Shown: positions 1 to 8,877 of the stretch, piece by piece
Position numbering within the stretch: position 1 is the first letter of the stretch
Layout: every line of letters begins with the position of its first letter
Source: Pseudohongiellaceae bacterium
GTDB taxonomy: Bacteria > Pseudomonadota > Gammaproteobacteria > Pseudomonadales > Pseudohongiellaceae
Direction of reading: 5' to 3'
DNA: 64,000 nucleotides
NCBI GenBank assembly: GCA_040880325.1
Contig: JBBDIR010000034.1
Coordinates: 3,790-67,789, forward strand
Position numbers and translations under genes: made by a program
Notes under the pieces: generated by a model
What the model was told of the DNA's origin: nothing
The model's input: only the letters and a program-made list of their open reading frames with translations
Database searches by the model: none

Positions 1-533
1 GCACGCCTTACCTCGACGGCATGTGGAGCTACGTAAAGGGTAGCGCCCACGTCGCGAAAGGTCATATCGAGTTGGCAGAAACGGAACTGGCAAATATACA
101 GGCGCAGATGGTTGCCGATGGCGTCGATGATACCGGTGTCGGTCCTACGCCAGCCTCGCACGTATTGAACCTTGCCAGCCATGCACTGCATGGCGAGATA
201 GAAGAAGCTAAGGGTAATCTTGATGCTGCTATCGTTCACTATAATGTGGCGATACAGTTACAGGACACACTCAACTACACTGAGCCGCCCGACTGGTCAC
301 AATCCATGCGTCTGTATCTCGGCGCAGTGCTTCTGGATGCTTCTCGCCCGGCGGAGGCTGAGCAGGTATACCGAGATGATCTGGAATGGAACCAGCAGAA
401 TGGCTGGACTACTTTTGGTCTGTTTCAGGCACTAGAGGCGCAGGGCAAAACTCAGGAAGCGATCATCGTCAAGAGACAGTTCGAGTCGTTCTTCCGTAAT
501 GCCGATATAGAGCTCACGCGTTCTCGACTGTAG
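1..533 (+). CDS. helical-repeat (TPR-like) protein, C-terminal part; 5' end probably outside window
   Basis: The frame is open from base 3 to the TAG at 531-533, so the listed ORF 21..533 starts at an internal Met. Composition looks like an alpha-helical repeat protein. A strong terminator follows. Confidence 0.45.
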   Translation, partial: TPYLDGMWSYVKGSAHVAKGHIELAETELANIQAQMVADGVDDTGVGPTPASHVLNLASHALHGEIEEAKGNLDAAIVHYNVAIQLQDTLNYTEPPDWSQSMRLYLGAVLLDASRPAEAEQVYRDDLEWNQQNGWTTFGLFQALEAQGKTQEAIIVKRQFESFFRNADIELTRSRL

Positions 534-594
534 CTAGTTTTTACGATCGAATATATTTTGTAATTCGTTCAGATAGTGCAAACTTTGTAGAACG

Positions 595-634
595 TAAAAA
601 AGCCAAGAGGTTTAATTCTCTTGGCTTTTTTTTA
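595..634 (+). terminator. rho-independent terminator, potentially bidirectional
   Basis: AGCCAAGAG (601-609) pairs with CTCTTGGCT (618-626). An A-run precedes the stem and a T-run (627-634) follows it. Confidence 0.75.
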
Positions 635-645
635 TTATTAGAAAT

Positions 646-761
646 CATTGCTGTCCCACAAATCGCAGTATTGCTTTTATACAATCCAGTAGACATAGAG
701 TTTCACAGCCGATTAGTACAGTGCCGGATTCATGTCTTCATAGATTTATGGGATAGCAGTG
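646..761 (-). mobile_element. MITE copy 1 (116 bp, internally deleted form of the 59580..59793 element, opposite orientation)
   Basis: Ends are CATTGCTGTCCCACAAATC and GATTTATGGGATAGCAGTG. The flanking 9-mers ATTAGAAAT (637-645) and ATTAGTAAT (762-770) match at 8 of 9 positions. The reverse complement is nearly collinear with copy 3 minus a 98-bp internal block. Confidence 0.75.
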
Positions 762-775
762 ATTAGTAATAATCA

Positions 776-1072
776 ATGAGAAAGCAGACTTGGATTCAAA
801 TCCCAAGTTATGATATTCCAACGCATTTGGCCAATAGCTTAGGCAAAGATACGATTCACCCACCGTTGGGCAATGAATTGCACCACTATAATGAGCAGCA
901 TATATTGTTATTCGCCAGGCTCGAGGAATTAGCAGGCAGCTATGACAATTTTAGCTGGTGTCAAACCGCGCAATATCTCTGCGATGACAGCCGTTATATA
1001 AGTGATGAGGACTGGACGCCCTATTACTTCGATTCTAATCACCTTACCCTGACCGGTGCCCACTTACTCTGA
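776..1072 (+). pseudogene. probable 3' remnant of an acyltransferase-3/SGNH (OafA-like) gene
   Basis: The 98-aa ORF ends in YYFDSNHLTLTGAHLL, which resembles the C-terminal SGNH-domain signature of OafA/YrhL-type acyltransferases. Only about 100 aa remain, GC is low (about 38% over 781-840), and an in-frame stop lies at 770-772. Confidence 0.35.
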
Positions 1073-1165
1073 CCTGTGTTCGAGTCGATTAGCTCTCTTT
1101 GACGCTCAACTGGTGGTCGCAAGGCAAGTGTGCGCCTTTGAATGTCTATGAGTTTATGGATAAAG

Positions 1166-1585
1166 TTATGGGTTCGAACCATTGACAGTTCGATTAAAAT
1201 CCACCTTCATATCCCATAGCTCGGGACACGAATAGGCGCTGAAACATTCCAGATCGGCAACGATCTGAAAGCGATCTGCACCGCTACCCACCTTGGTTAC
1301 CACGACACCAATGCCACTCTGGCTGATGATGTTACTGCTGGCATTGATGCGGGTATCGCTCTCGCCACGGATATTAAAATCGGAATTATTCTGCGTCCAT
1401 TGCCTCGCTATTGCCCACTTGCGATCGCACTCCGCGTCGCTCGCACAGCTTGGAATGGTTCTTGCGAATTCATCCATCTTGGCCTGAGTCTCTGGATTAA
1501 CGGCGCAAGAGCTGAGCAGGCTTGCGGTTAAAGTCATTAGCGTTAGCCAGCCGCATCGTCGTAGGTGTGTCTTTGCTTTAGCCAT
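1166..1585 (-). CDS. lipoprotein, function unknown
   Basis: Signal peptide with lipobox LLSSC. The start abuts the stop of the upstream PD40-repeat gene, which suggests translational coupling. Confidence 0.6.
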   Translation of the reverse strand: MAKAKTHLRRCGWLTLMTLTASLLSSCAVNPETQAKMDEFARTIPSCASDAECDRKWAIARQWTQNNSDFNIRGESDTRINASSNIISQSGIGVVVTKVGSGADRFQIVADLECFSAYSCPELWDMKVDFNRTVNGSNP

Positions 1586-2545
1586 CTATTCAGCTACGTT
1601 AAGTTTGTTGGTCCAAAAGATATCGATGTTGCCCAGGCTATTGTCGTCGCGGGTAGAAAACCAGGTGAAGGTTTTCTCGCCCGGAGGCAGGGCGGGGCAC
1701 ATATCCGCCCCGGCCGTGTTTATCTGCGGGCCAAGGTTTCTGGCCTGCCCCCAGGCGTTCTCGCCGCGGGTCATTGCCCCGTAGATGTCAGTGCCGCCAT
1801 AGCCGCCAGGTCGTGATGAAGTGAAATACACCATACCGTCTTTGTCCTGAGAAAAATGGAATTCTTCGGCAGCGGTATTGATGTTTGGGCCCTGATTGAC
1901 AGGCTCCTGCCAGCCACCGTTTCCATCGGGCTTGGAGCAGTAGATATCAGATCCGCCGTAGCCGCCTTCACGCATCGAAGCGAAGCAAAGCGTCTCGCCA
2001 TCTTGCAGAATTGCCGGGCAGTGTTCATTGCCGACGTCGGTGCTTATTGGATAGCCAATCAATTCCGGCGTAGTCCAGCTGCCATTGACCTTGCGCGTGA
2101 TAAAAAGGTCATTCGCATTGCGTGGGCTTGTGCTAGCGAGTCGATCAGATTTGAAATAGATGGTGTTCCCGTCCGCTGTAATCCAGGGCTCACGATCATC
2201 GCCAGCACGCAGTGGGTCGACATCGGTGGCCGGCGCCGCGTTGATGGGAATGCCCATATTCACAGGCGTGTTCCAACTGCCGGTCTCAGCGTTGAAAGTC
2301 GCAATATAAAGATCTTTAGGATCGCCCGGCGCTACCGCCATGTCCTGTCTGGCACTGCAATACACCATGGTGCCGTCGGCGGCGAAGGAGAGTTCCCCTT
2401 CAGCCCACAGTGTATTGATGGGGGCGCCGAAATTATGAACGGCCAGATCGACCCACGCAGGATCTTGCGCAGAACAGACTAGGGGACCACTGAGGCCGCC
2501 GAGTAGGACGAGGGCCTGTATTAATGACTTGGTTCGAGTTTGCAT
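1586..2545 (-). CDS. exported TolB-like (PD40/WD40-like) beta-propeller repeat protein
   Basis: Signal peptide is present. Repeated motifs (F.S.R.GG.GG.DIY., W..P.N.G..IN) are typical of PD40 repeats. Confidence 0.7.
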   Translation of the reverse strand: MQTRTKSLIQALVLLGGLSGPLVCSAQDPAWVDLAVHNFGAPINTLWAEGELSFAADGTMVYCSARQDMAVAPGDPKDLYIATFNAETGSWNTPVNMGIPINAAPATDVDPLRAGDDREPWITADGNTIYFKSDRLASTSPRNANDLFITRKVNGSWTTPELIGYPISTDVGNEHCPAILQDGETLCFASMREGGYGGSDIYCSKPDGNGGWQEPVNQGPNINTAAEEFHFSQDKDGMVYFTSSRPGGYGGTDIYGAMTRGENAWGQARNLGPQINTAGADMCPALPPGEKTFTWFSTRDDNSLGNIDIFWTNKLNVAE

Positions 2546-2806
2546 GATGGACTCCAGCGCGGTTTTGCAGCTCTTGAGGTCCCAGCTGGGATTTCCCTGG
2601 ACAGGCCGCAGTGATATTTACAGGCAGAATAACATAAAAATCTGCCTGCCGAGATACCGAAAAACCCGCTGAATTGATTACCTGTGAGGTAGTTGAATCG
2701 CGGCTGCCATTCGGTGAGACTGAACGCTAGCCAAGACTGATTACGCCTTCGAAGCAGCGGCCGCAGCGAGTAGCTCGGCAGTAGAATTCTTAGACCCCGG
2801 GAGAGC

Positions 2807-3118
2807 ATGATGAACCTAAAGACGACCTATCTGATTTTAGCCTTTCTCGGAGCAGCTGTTCCGCTGGCTTTCTTCGTGAGTTTCGCTGCCGAGCAGGGCA
2901 TTGACCTGCTTGCCTTCATCGAGGCGCTCTTCGTTAATGGCGCCGCAGCTGGGTTTACCGCAGACCTGTTGATTAGCTCGTTTGTGTTCTGGTTGTATAT
3001 GTTTTCCAACCAGTCTAACGGTCCCAAGCCCTGGCTCTTCATTGCGATTAATCTGTGCGTTGGCCTGTCATGTGCATTACCCGCCTATCTTTGGGCCAGG
3101 ACGCGGGCGGCCGGCTAA
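2807..3118 (+). CDS. small integral membrane protein (DUF2834-like)
   Basis: 103 aa with three hydrophobic segments. The N-terminal pattern resembles DUF2834 proteins. Confidence 0.5.
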   Translation: MMNLKTTYLILAFLGAAVPLAFFVSFAAEQGIDLLAFIEALFVNGAAAGFTADLLISSFVFWLYMFSNQSNGPKPWLFIAINLCVGLSCALPAYLWARTRAAG

Positions 3119-3257
3119 CAGTTTTAGAATGGCGCTCGCTTGGTGTGCGCAATACGGCGACTGGGAAAAGTCTAAGCTCTATGATTCGGTCATCCTGAAA
3201 GGTTTACACCAAAGCGTAAGAGTTGCCGATAAGCTTGCCCAGCCGAGATCGCGTTGG

Positions 3258-4136
3258 CTACTCGGAAGTGATCAGCTTGAAGCCGAGGCCGTCTGTTACC
3301 ACCCTGCCAGCAGCGGGAGCGGCGAAATGTGTGCCAATGAGCAAGACTGGTTGATCGGCGATGTCGTTAAGAAGCATTCTTCGACGCTCAACAGCCGAAT
3401 CCTTATCCGTATCGAACGTCACAGCCCAGTCCGGTTTGGCTATTTGACAGGGGTGATGCATGCTGTCCCCGCTAATAATCGCGCGTTGGCCCTGGGATTC
3501 AATCAGCACGCTGACATGCCCCGGCGTGTGGCCAGGTGTCGGCAGCAAGCGCAGCTCAGGCGAGATGATATGATCCATCTCAACCAGGTCGGCTAGTCCC
3601 GAATCAAAGATGGGAGTGACAGAATCTTCCATCACAGGAATCTGATCCTCACTGGTGTCGGCGGACCAGTAGTCGTACTCCTCGCGCCCAATTAGATAGC
3701 GCGCGTTGGGAAAGGTTGGCAGCCATTGCCCGCGCTGTTTCATTGTGTTCCAACCCACATGATCGACGTGCAAATGAGTGCAGACCACGATATCGATAGA
3801 TTCTCGCGGACTACCCAAAGATTGCAAGGTTTCGAGAAAGTTACTGTGCAGAGCTTCATTGCCGATTAGCTTGCGAGGTTTGTCATTCCCGATACAGGTG
3901 TCGACTAACAGGGTTAAGTCCGGGGTTTTAACCAGTAGCGCTTGAATAGAAAGTTTTAGAGCGCCGTCTTCGTCGACATAGTTAGGATATAGCCAGGGAA
4001 TTTCTTGCAGTGCTCGAGGAGTGGCTTCGAGCATGAAAGGATATTTATCGTGATAGGGGACGGGCAATTCAGTCTCGACGATACAACTAATCGTCACATC
4101 CCCAATGTTCCAGTGTTCCATATTGCCGGCTTCCAA
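3258..4136 (-). CDS. MBL-fold metallo-hydrolase (lactonase-like)
   Basis: HLHVDHVGW (HxHxDH) motif, plus downstream His/Asp ligands (TPGHTPGH, SGDSMHH). Confidence 0.8.
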   Translation of the reverse strand: MEAGNMEHWNIGDVTISCIVETELPVPYHDKYPFMLEATPRALQEIPWLYPNYVDEDGALKLSIQALLVKTPDLTLLVDTCIGNDKPRKLIGNEALHSNFLETLQSLGSPRESIDIVVCTHLHVDHVGWNTMKQRGQWLPTFPNARYLIGREEYDYWSADTSEDQIPVMEDSVTPIFDSGLADLVEMDHIISPELRLLPTPGHTPGHVSVLIESQGQRAIISGDSMHHPCQIAKPDWAVTFDTDKDSAVERRRMLLNDIADQPVLLIGTHFAAPAAGRVVTDGLGFKLITSE

Positions 4137-4148
4137 TTAAAAAAATAG

Positions 4149-4317
4149 CTAGGAGGCTGTCGGACTTAAGCGTTCGTAGCGAGGGAAAGTCCGGTTTGAG
4201 TCATTTTTTGAGCCATTTTGACGCGAATAGTGGTTCTATTTAAGGAGAAATGGCTCAAAAAATGGCCAAATCCGGCTTTTGTGCAGTAGAACCGTCTTAA
4301 GTCCGACAGCCTCCTAG
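4149..4317. repeat. 169-bp nested palindromic element (MITE/REP-like)
   Basis: Perfect 22-bp terminal inverted repeat CTAGGAGGCTGTCGGACTTAAG (4149-4170 and 4296-4317). A perfect 17-bp inner inverted repeat lies at 4202-4218 and 4248-4264. The right arm contains the stop codon of the OPT gene. Confidence 0.75.
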
Positions 4318-6224
4318 CCAGAAGTATGAGGGGTAGTGAAACTTTTGAACAGCCAGACGATCACAACCGCGGCGAGCACAGACAGGACGGTCACAAACCC
4401 ACCCGAGAGCCCAAGGTCCAGGGATTGCACACCCAATGCTGTCATGCAGGCAAGGCCAACGGACATCAAAGCCTCGCCAGCGATAACGCCTGACGAGAAC
4501 AACACGCCGCGGTGCAAGACCGTGTCGTGATTTGCCTCAGGTATTCCCTTGGTGTGAAAGTGCGCGATCAAACCACCGATGAGGATGGGCGCGGCGAGGC
4601 CGAAGGGCAGATACATGCCGACCGCTATCGGCATGAGGTGAGCCCGAAACTTTTTGCCACTAACGCGCAGATACCAGTCGATCACCAGGATAACGGCGCC
4701 TACCATTACCCCGTAGCCAATCAAGTCCCAGGGCAGTTGCGTCTCGCCAGAGAACCCGCGCGCCAAGGAGGCAAACAGGCTGGCCTGCGGCGCCGATAAT
4801 TCCCGGCCGCCGATACCGCCCTCGATATTGTTGTGCAGAAGATTGAGTACCGGGGACATGACGAAGGCGGCAACAAATACCCCGGCGATCTGCATGATCT
4901 GTTGGCGGAAGGGTGCGGCACCTACCAGCGCGCCAGTCTTCAAATCGTTGCATACGTCGCCGCTAGTAGCTGCGACACAGCAGACGATAGCGGCGATGCC
5001 GAGAGTAGCCACCATCGCCTCCATGCCCGAGTAGTTGAACAGCCAGAGCATGCCACCGGCTACCAGAACCGCCGTGATGGTCATACCGGATACGGGACTA
5101 TTGGAGTTTCCTACCAGGCCAACTATATAGCTCGCGACTGCCGAGAAGAAGAAGCCCATGACCAACATCACCGCAGTTGCCAGTATTGTGATGCCGATGC
5201 CCGAAGTAAAACGATAGTTGACGTAGGCAAGCACGACGACACAGCCAAGGGTAAGGCTAATAATGGCCCAGGTCGGGATGTCGCGCTCCAAATCCTGTTT
5301 TATCAGATTGCCACTGCTGAGGTTGTTGCGTAACTCACTGATCGCCGCAACGAGGCCGTAACGCACCGAATACAACGAGGCGAAGCCGCCCAACACCATG
5401 GCACCGACGCCGATATAGCGTACCTGCGTGCTCCAGAGTTCATAGGCGCCATCTATCGCCGAGGGAAACTGATCGCCGGAGCCGAGTAAGGGGATCGCGA
5501 CGATCCAGGAAATCGCGCCCCCTATGAAAATCAGAATGGCGACATTCAGCCTCACAATAAAGCCGATGGCGACTAACATCGGGGACAGATCGCCCCCGAA
5601 ATAGAAAATGCGCGAACTGACGACAGTCGCAGCCTCCACAGTGGCGGTAAATACGCCAAACAGTTTCGCACCGAGTGCAACGCTAGCTCCGAGTAAGCCG
5701 CCGAATAACAGGTTCCTGGCCTCACCCTTTTGCTGATGTTGTTCCCCGGAGTCCTCGCCGGCGCGCAATACGGCGGCACAGGCGATACCCTCAGGGTAGG
5801 CCAACTCGCTGTTATTGAGAATAAAGACCTTGCGCATCGGGATCATGAACAGAATCCCCAACAGACCGCCAGTTAACGCGATGATGGTAACCGACCAGAA
5901 ATCGAATGAATCCCAGTAGCCGATCAGGATCATGGCCGGCATGGTGAAGATGATGCCCGCGGCCAGCGACTCCCCCGCTGAGGCGCAGGTCTGTACTTGA
6001 TTCGCCTCCAGGATGCTCGAATTTTTGAATAACATCTTAAACAGTAGCATTGCCATGACTGCCGCCGGGATTGAAGCTGACACGGTCATGCCGGCCCTGA
6101 GACCGACGTAGACGTTCGCAGCTCCCATCACGACAGCGAGGAGAAGCCCGAGAACTACGACTCTGAGGGTCAATTCTTTGCGGCCGATCGGTGCTTGGGA
6201 GGCTGAAATGGTGGAATCGGTCAT
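4314..6224 (-). CDS. OPT-family oligopeptide transporter
   Basis: 636 aa and polytopic. The N-terminal ELTLRVVVLGLLLAVVMGAANVYVGLRAGMTVSASIPAAV is typical of OPT/EspB-type transporters. Confidence 0.85.
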   Translation of the reverse strand: MTDSTISASQAPIGRKELTLRVVVLGLLLAVVMGAANVYVGLRAGMTVSASIPAAVMAMLLFKMLFKNSSILEANQVQTCASAGESLAAGIIFTMPAMILIGYWDSFDFWSVTIIALTGGLLGILFMIPMRKVFILNNSELAYPEGIACAAVLRAGEDSGEQHQQKGEARNLLFGGLLGASVALGAKLFGVFTATVEAATVVSSRIFYFGGDLSPMLVAIGFIVRLNVAILIFIGGAISWIVAIPLLGSGDQFPSAIDGAYELWSTQVRYIGVGAMVLGGFASLYSVRYGLVAAISELRNNLSSGNLIKQDLERDIPTWAIISLTLGCVVVLAYVNYRFTSGIGITILATAVMLVMGFFFSAVASYIVGLVGNSNSPVSGMTITAVLVAGGMLWLFNYSGMEAMVATLGIAAIVCCVAATSGDVCNDLKTGALVGAAPFRQQIMQIAGVFVAAFVMSPVLNLLHNNIEGGIGGRELSAPQASLFASLARGFSGETQLPWDLIGYGVMVGAVILVIDWYLRVSGKKFRAHLMPIAVGMYLPFGLAAPILIGGLIAHFHTKGIPEANHDTVLHRGVLFSSGVIAGEALMSVGLACMTALGVQSLDLGLSGGFVTVLSVLAAVVIVWLFKSFTTPHTSG

Positions 6225-6593
6225 GAGCTGTGCGCTGCGCAGTGTTAGGTTAGGGTACTATAGGCGAGATTGGGGCTCGTGTAAAAATCCGGATAAGGAT
6301 TGTTCTCAGGAGAGTAAGTTGGTCCAAGAAAGGGCTGATCTGCAAGCGGTGAAATCTCAGATGTTGGGTTTGAGATGGATGAGACTCTGACTCAGCTTGA
6401 AGCCCATGTAGTAATTGTTAGTTATAAAAGTAGGAGCTCAAGGCACCCAAAGCAATCAAGACCGAAGATGCCAGAGCGAAAGTTGCCCTGGTGGCGAGTT
6501 ATTCAGGCAGTCTGAGCCTGACGAGGTGACTTGCGTAGCCATATCGAAACGGAGCAAGGTAATTCTCTTCTCGGCAGAGTCGTTGAAGCCTGC

Positions 6594-7070
6594 CTAGTGA
6601 CCTGCCAAACGCAGAATTTTCCTCCTGCCCATATAAACTAGAGCGGTACTACTCAGCCAGACACCACAGGCCATGAAGAACAAAAGGCCGCCATCGGTGT
6701 TGCCAGCTGCATCGATCACGCGAACTATGCCAAGAGGGGTGAACAGGTGAAAGAAGAGTGCTCCGGTCATCACCATCAAGGCTGTCAGAGCACCGTATAA
6801 ACGAGTTGCGGGTATAAGTACCAAGATGCTTGCGATCAACTCGACGACACCCGTCACCGAACCGCCATACGCGCTGAATCCCTGAGCAAAGCCCTGCGCT
6901 ACACCGATGTCCGCCATCCAGCTACCGATGGTGTTAAAGATGATTACTGCTTCTTCCGAACCGCTAAACTTGAAAAACAGTGATTGCAGGAATACGAAGG
7001 CAATATAGAGAGCGAGTACCCAGTGGATGAGCTTATTCATTTTCAAACTATTCATAGCAAACCCTCGCAA
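6594..7070 (-). CDS. DoxX-family membrane protein
   Basis: About 150 aa with four hydrophobic helices and a DoxX-like layout. The true start may be an internal Met. Confidence 0.55.
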   Translation of the reverse strand: MRGFAMNSLKMNKLIHWVLALYIAFVFLQSLFFKFSGSEEAVIIFNTIGSWMADIGVAQGFAQGFSAYGGSVTGVVELIASILVLIPATRLYGALTALMVMTGALFFHLFTPLGIVRVIDAAGNTDGGLLFFMACGVWLSSTALVYMGRRKILRLAGH

Positions 7071-7076
7071 CTCGAT

Positions 7077-7607
7077 CTAGTCTGAGAGAAGCTGCGGCCA
7101 GTAGCGATCGGCATCGACGATAAGGGCATCTTTGTCGGCCAGCCAGCGGGCGCTGATCTTCTTGTTGTAGTTTAGATATAATTTACCGTTGTGCACAGTA
7201 AATTGTGTGGGATCGATAGCTGCCGTGTCGTTCTGTGAAACCGCCCAGGCGCAGTAGCCACCATACTCGGGAGCATAGCGTTCCGGGTTCTCTCTAAAGG
7301 CGTCCAGGTTAGCGGCACTAGAGAAATGCCAGTTCGCATCTTTCCAGCTCGTCTCGAACTCTTTGCTGCCTTTCACGGCGCGCTGCTCGGTACAATAGGC
7401 AACCGCGTCGTAGCCTTCGATAGCCAGGTTTCCGAAGAACGTTGTGTTGATCTCATCTACCGCCAGCGCGCTACTTCCCACTGTGAGCAAAATCAGCACT
7501 GCCATCAGTTTTTGCATTTTCCGATTCGTTGTTTGGTTTAGTCGTTTCATTTTGTATTGCTTGCCCTGTGGCGCCGATCCTGATCTATCAAACTGTGTCT
7601 CACTCAT
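7077..7607 (-). CDS. YHS-domain protein (Cys form of the YHS domain-containing (seleno)protein family), exported
   Basis: Motifs GYDAVAY, W.FSS..N...F..NPE.YAP.YGGYCAWAV and G.LYLNYN. The start is probably an internal Met preceding the signal peptide. Confidence 0.65.
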   Translation of the reverse strand: MSETQFDRSGSAPQGKQYKMKRLNQTTNRKMQKLMAVLILLTVGSSALAVDEINTTFFGNLAIEGYDAVAYCTEQRAVKGSKEFETSWKDANWHFSSAANLDAFRENPERYAPEYGGYCAWAVSQNDTAAIDPTQFTVHNGKLYLNYNKKISARWLADKDALIVDADRYWPQLLSD

Positions 7608-7672
7608 CGCTTAAAACCTCGTGCTGCCGTCATATCATTCAAAGATATGGAAAAAACGCAGCTCGACTACTA

Positions 7673-7715
7673 AGATAGTTCTATGCTAGTTCTATGACAG
7701 TTCTAATACAGTTCC
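7673..7715. repeat. four 11-bp-spaced repeats with core AGTTCTA in a divergent promoter region
   Basis: agatAGTTCTA tgctAGTTCTA tgacAGTTCTA atacAGTTCC, lying between the YHS gene (-) and rdgC (+). Confidence 0.6.
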
Positions 7716-7825
7716 AAGCGCTCGTGCAGCCATAGCTTATCGAGACGAGCTTGCACTGGAATACTGTCGCTGTATCGCGCATAATCGGCCGCGCTATTCT
7801 CGTTGTCTTCGTTGGAAAATAATCT

Positions 7826-8740
7826 ATGTGGTTTAAAAATGTCCGTTTGTACTGTCTCAATGAGGCTATCGATGCCTCGCCTGAGGAGTTGGAGCAGCAG
7901 TTGATCGAGCAAGTCTTCCATCCCTGCGGTAGTCACGATAAGTCGAAGTACGGTTGGGTGAGCCCACTTGGAAAGGAAGGGGAGATGCTGACCCATGTGC
8001 AGGGAGACTACATTATGCTCTGTGCACAGAAGCAGGAGCGCATTTTGCCTACTTCGGTTGTCAACGAAGTCACCGAAGAGAAGGTCGCCGAACTCGAAGA
8101 GCGACAGGGTCGCAAGATATACCGCAAAGAGAAGCGTCAGATCAAAGACGATGTGTTCGTCTCACTACTACCTAGAGCCTTCACACGCAACCAACAGACC
8201 TTCGCCTATATTTCGGCTAAAGATAATCTGATTGTGGTGAATTCCGCCAGCGCACCCAAGGCCGAAGCCTTGCTGAATCTGCTACGCGAGAGCCTCGGCA
8301 GTTTAAAAGTATCCATCCCCGATGCGAAGCGTGCGCCCAGCAATGTGATGACGCGCTGGTTGAAGGAGCAGAAGGCCAGCGATAATTTCCTCATCGATGA
8401 AGATTGCGAACTCTACAATCCCACTGATGGCAGCAATATAGTACGTTGCAAGGGACAGGACTTATGCTCTGAGGAGATTGAGAGTCATCTGGAGGCGGGC
8501 AAGCAGGTAAAGAATCTCGGCGTAACCTGGAACAGTTTGCTGAGCTGTACACTTGGCGATGACCTTAGTGTTAAGCGCATCAAGTTTGTCGGCATGAAGG
8601 AAGAGGAGTCGAACGAAGAGATCGAGAGCGCCGCACAGAAATTCGATCAGGAGTTTGCCGTGATGACTCTGGAGTTGTCGGGGTTCTTCAAGTCTTTCTT
8701 CGCCGCCTTCGGTGGGCTGCAGGAGGCGCGAGACCAGTAA
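7826..8740 (+). CDS. rdgC: recombination-associated protein RdgC
   Basis: N-terminal MWFKNVRLY... and a length of 304 aa match RdgC. Confidence 0.9.
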   Translation: MWFKNVRLYCLNEAIDASPEELEQQLIEQVFHPCGSHDKSKYGWVSPLGKEGEMLTHVQGDYIMLCAQKQERILPTSVVNEVTEEKVAELEERQGRKIYRKEKRQIKDDVFVSLLPRAFTRNQQTFAYISAKDNLIVVNSASAPKAEALLNLLRESLGSLKVSIPDAKRAPSNVMTRWLKEQKASDNFLIDEDCELYNPTDGSNIVRCKGQDLCSEEIESHLEAGKQVKNLGVTWNSLLSCTLGDDLSVKRIKFVGMKEEESNEEIESAAQKFDQEFAVMTLELSGFFKSFFAAFGGLQEARDQ

Positions 8741-8877
8741 TGAAATAGAGGCATCGATCGACCCTGGTGGGGTTGAAGCCGGATGCATCGCTAGAGAATC
8801 TGTGGCGCTGGCATGGGCTTATTGCGCAAAGAAACAGCGTAGACGCTCAGCAATAGCACTTGCTGGTATGAATTAGC

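Noticed and set aside
1856-2482. 208-aa ORF antisense to the PD40-repeat gene
   Set aside because: It lies entirely within and opposite to a gene with clear repeat motifs and a signal peptide. Its Arg/Ala-rich composition is typical of antisense frames in GC-moderate DNA, and I see no recognisable motif.
2982-3596. 204-aa ORF spanning the DUF2834 3' end and the MBL-hydrolase 3' end
   Set aside because: It overlaps two better-supported genes on both strands. It has no signal or motifs and an Arg/Ser-rich composition.
4202-4300. Mini-ORFs MAQKMAKSGFCAVEPS and MAQKMTQTGLSLATNA on the two arms of the palindromic element, one preceded by AAGGAG
   Set aside because: Their similarity is a by-product of the palindrome. 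The AAGGAG is only 2 nt from the ATG, too close for a functional Shine-Dalgarno spacing.
6225-6593. 370-nt leader upstream of the OPT transporter as a possible riboswitch
   Set aside because: I read both strands and found no conserved riboswitch core or convincing terminator/antiterminator pair, only short weak hairpins. A covariance-model scan (Rfam) would be needed.
7703-7996. 97-aa ORF on the - strand overlapping the rdgC start
   Set aside because: It overlaps the well-supported rdgC N-terminus and the phased repeat region, and it has no motif or ribosome-binding site.
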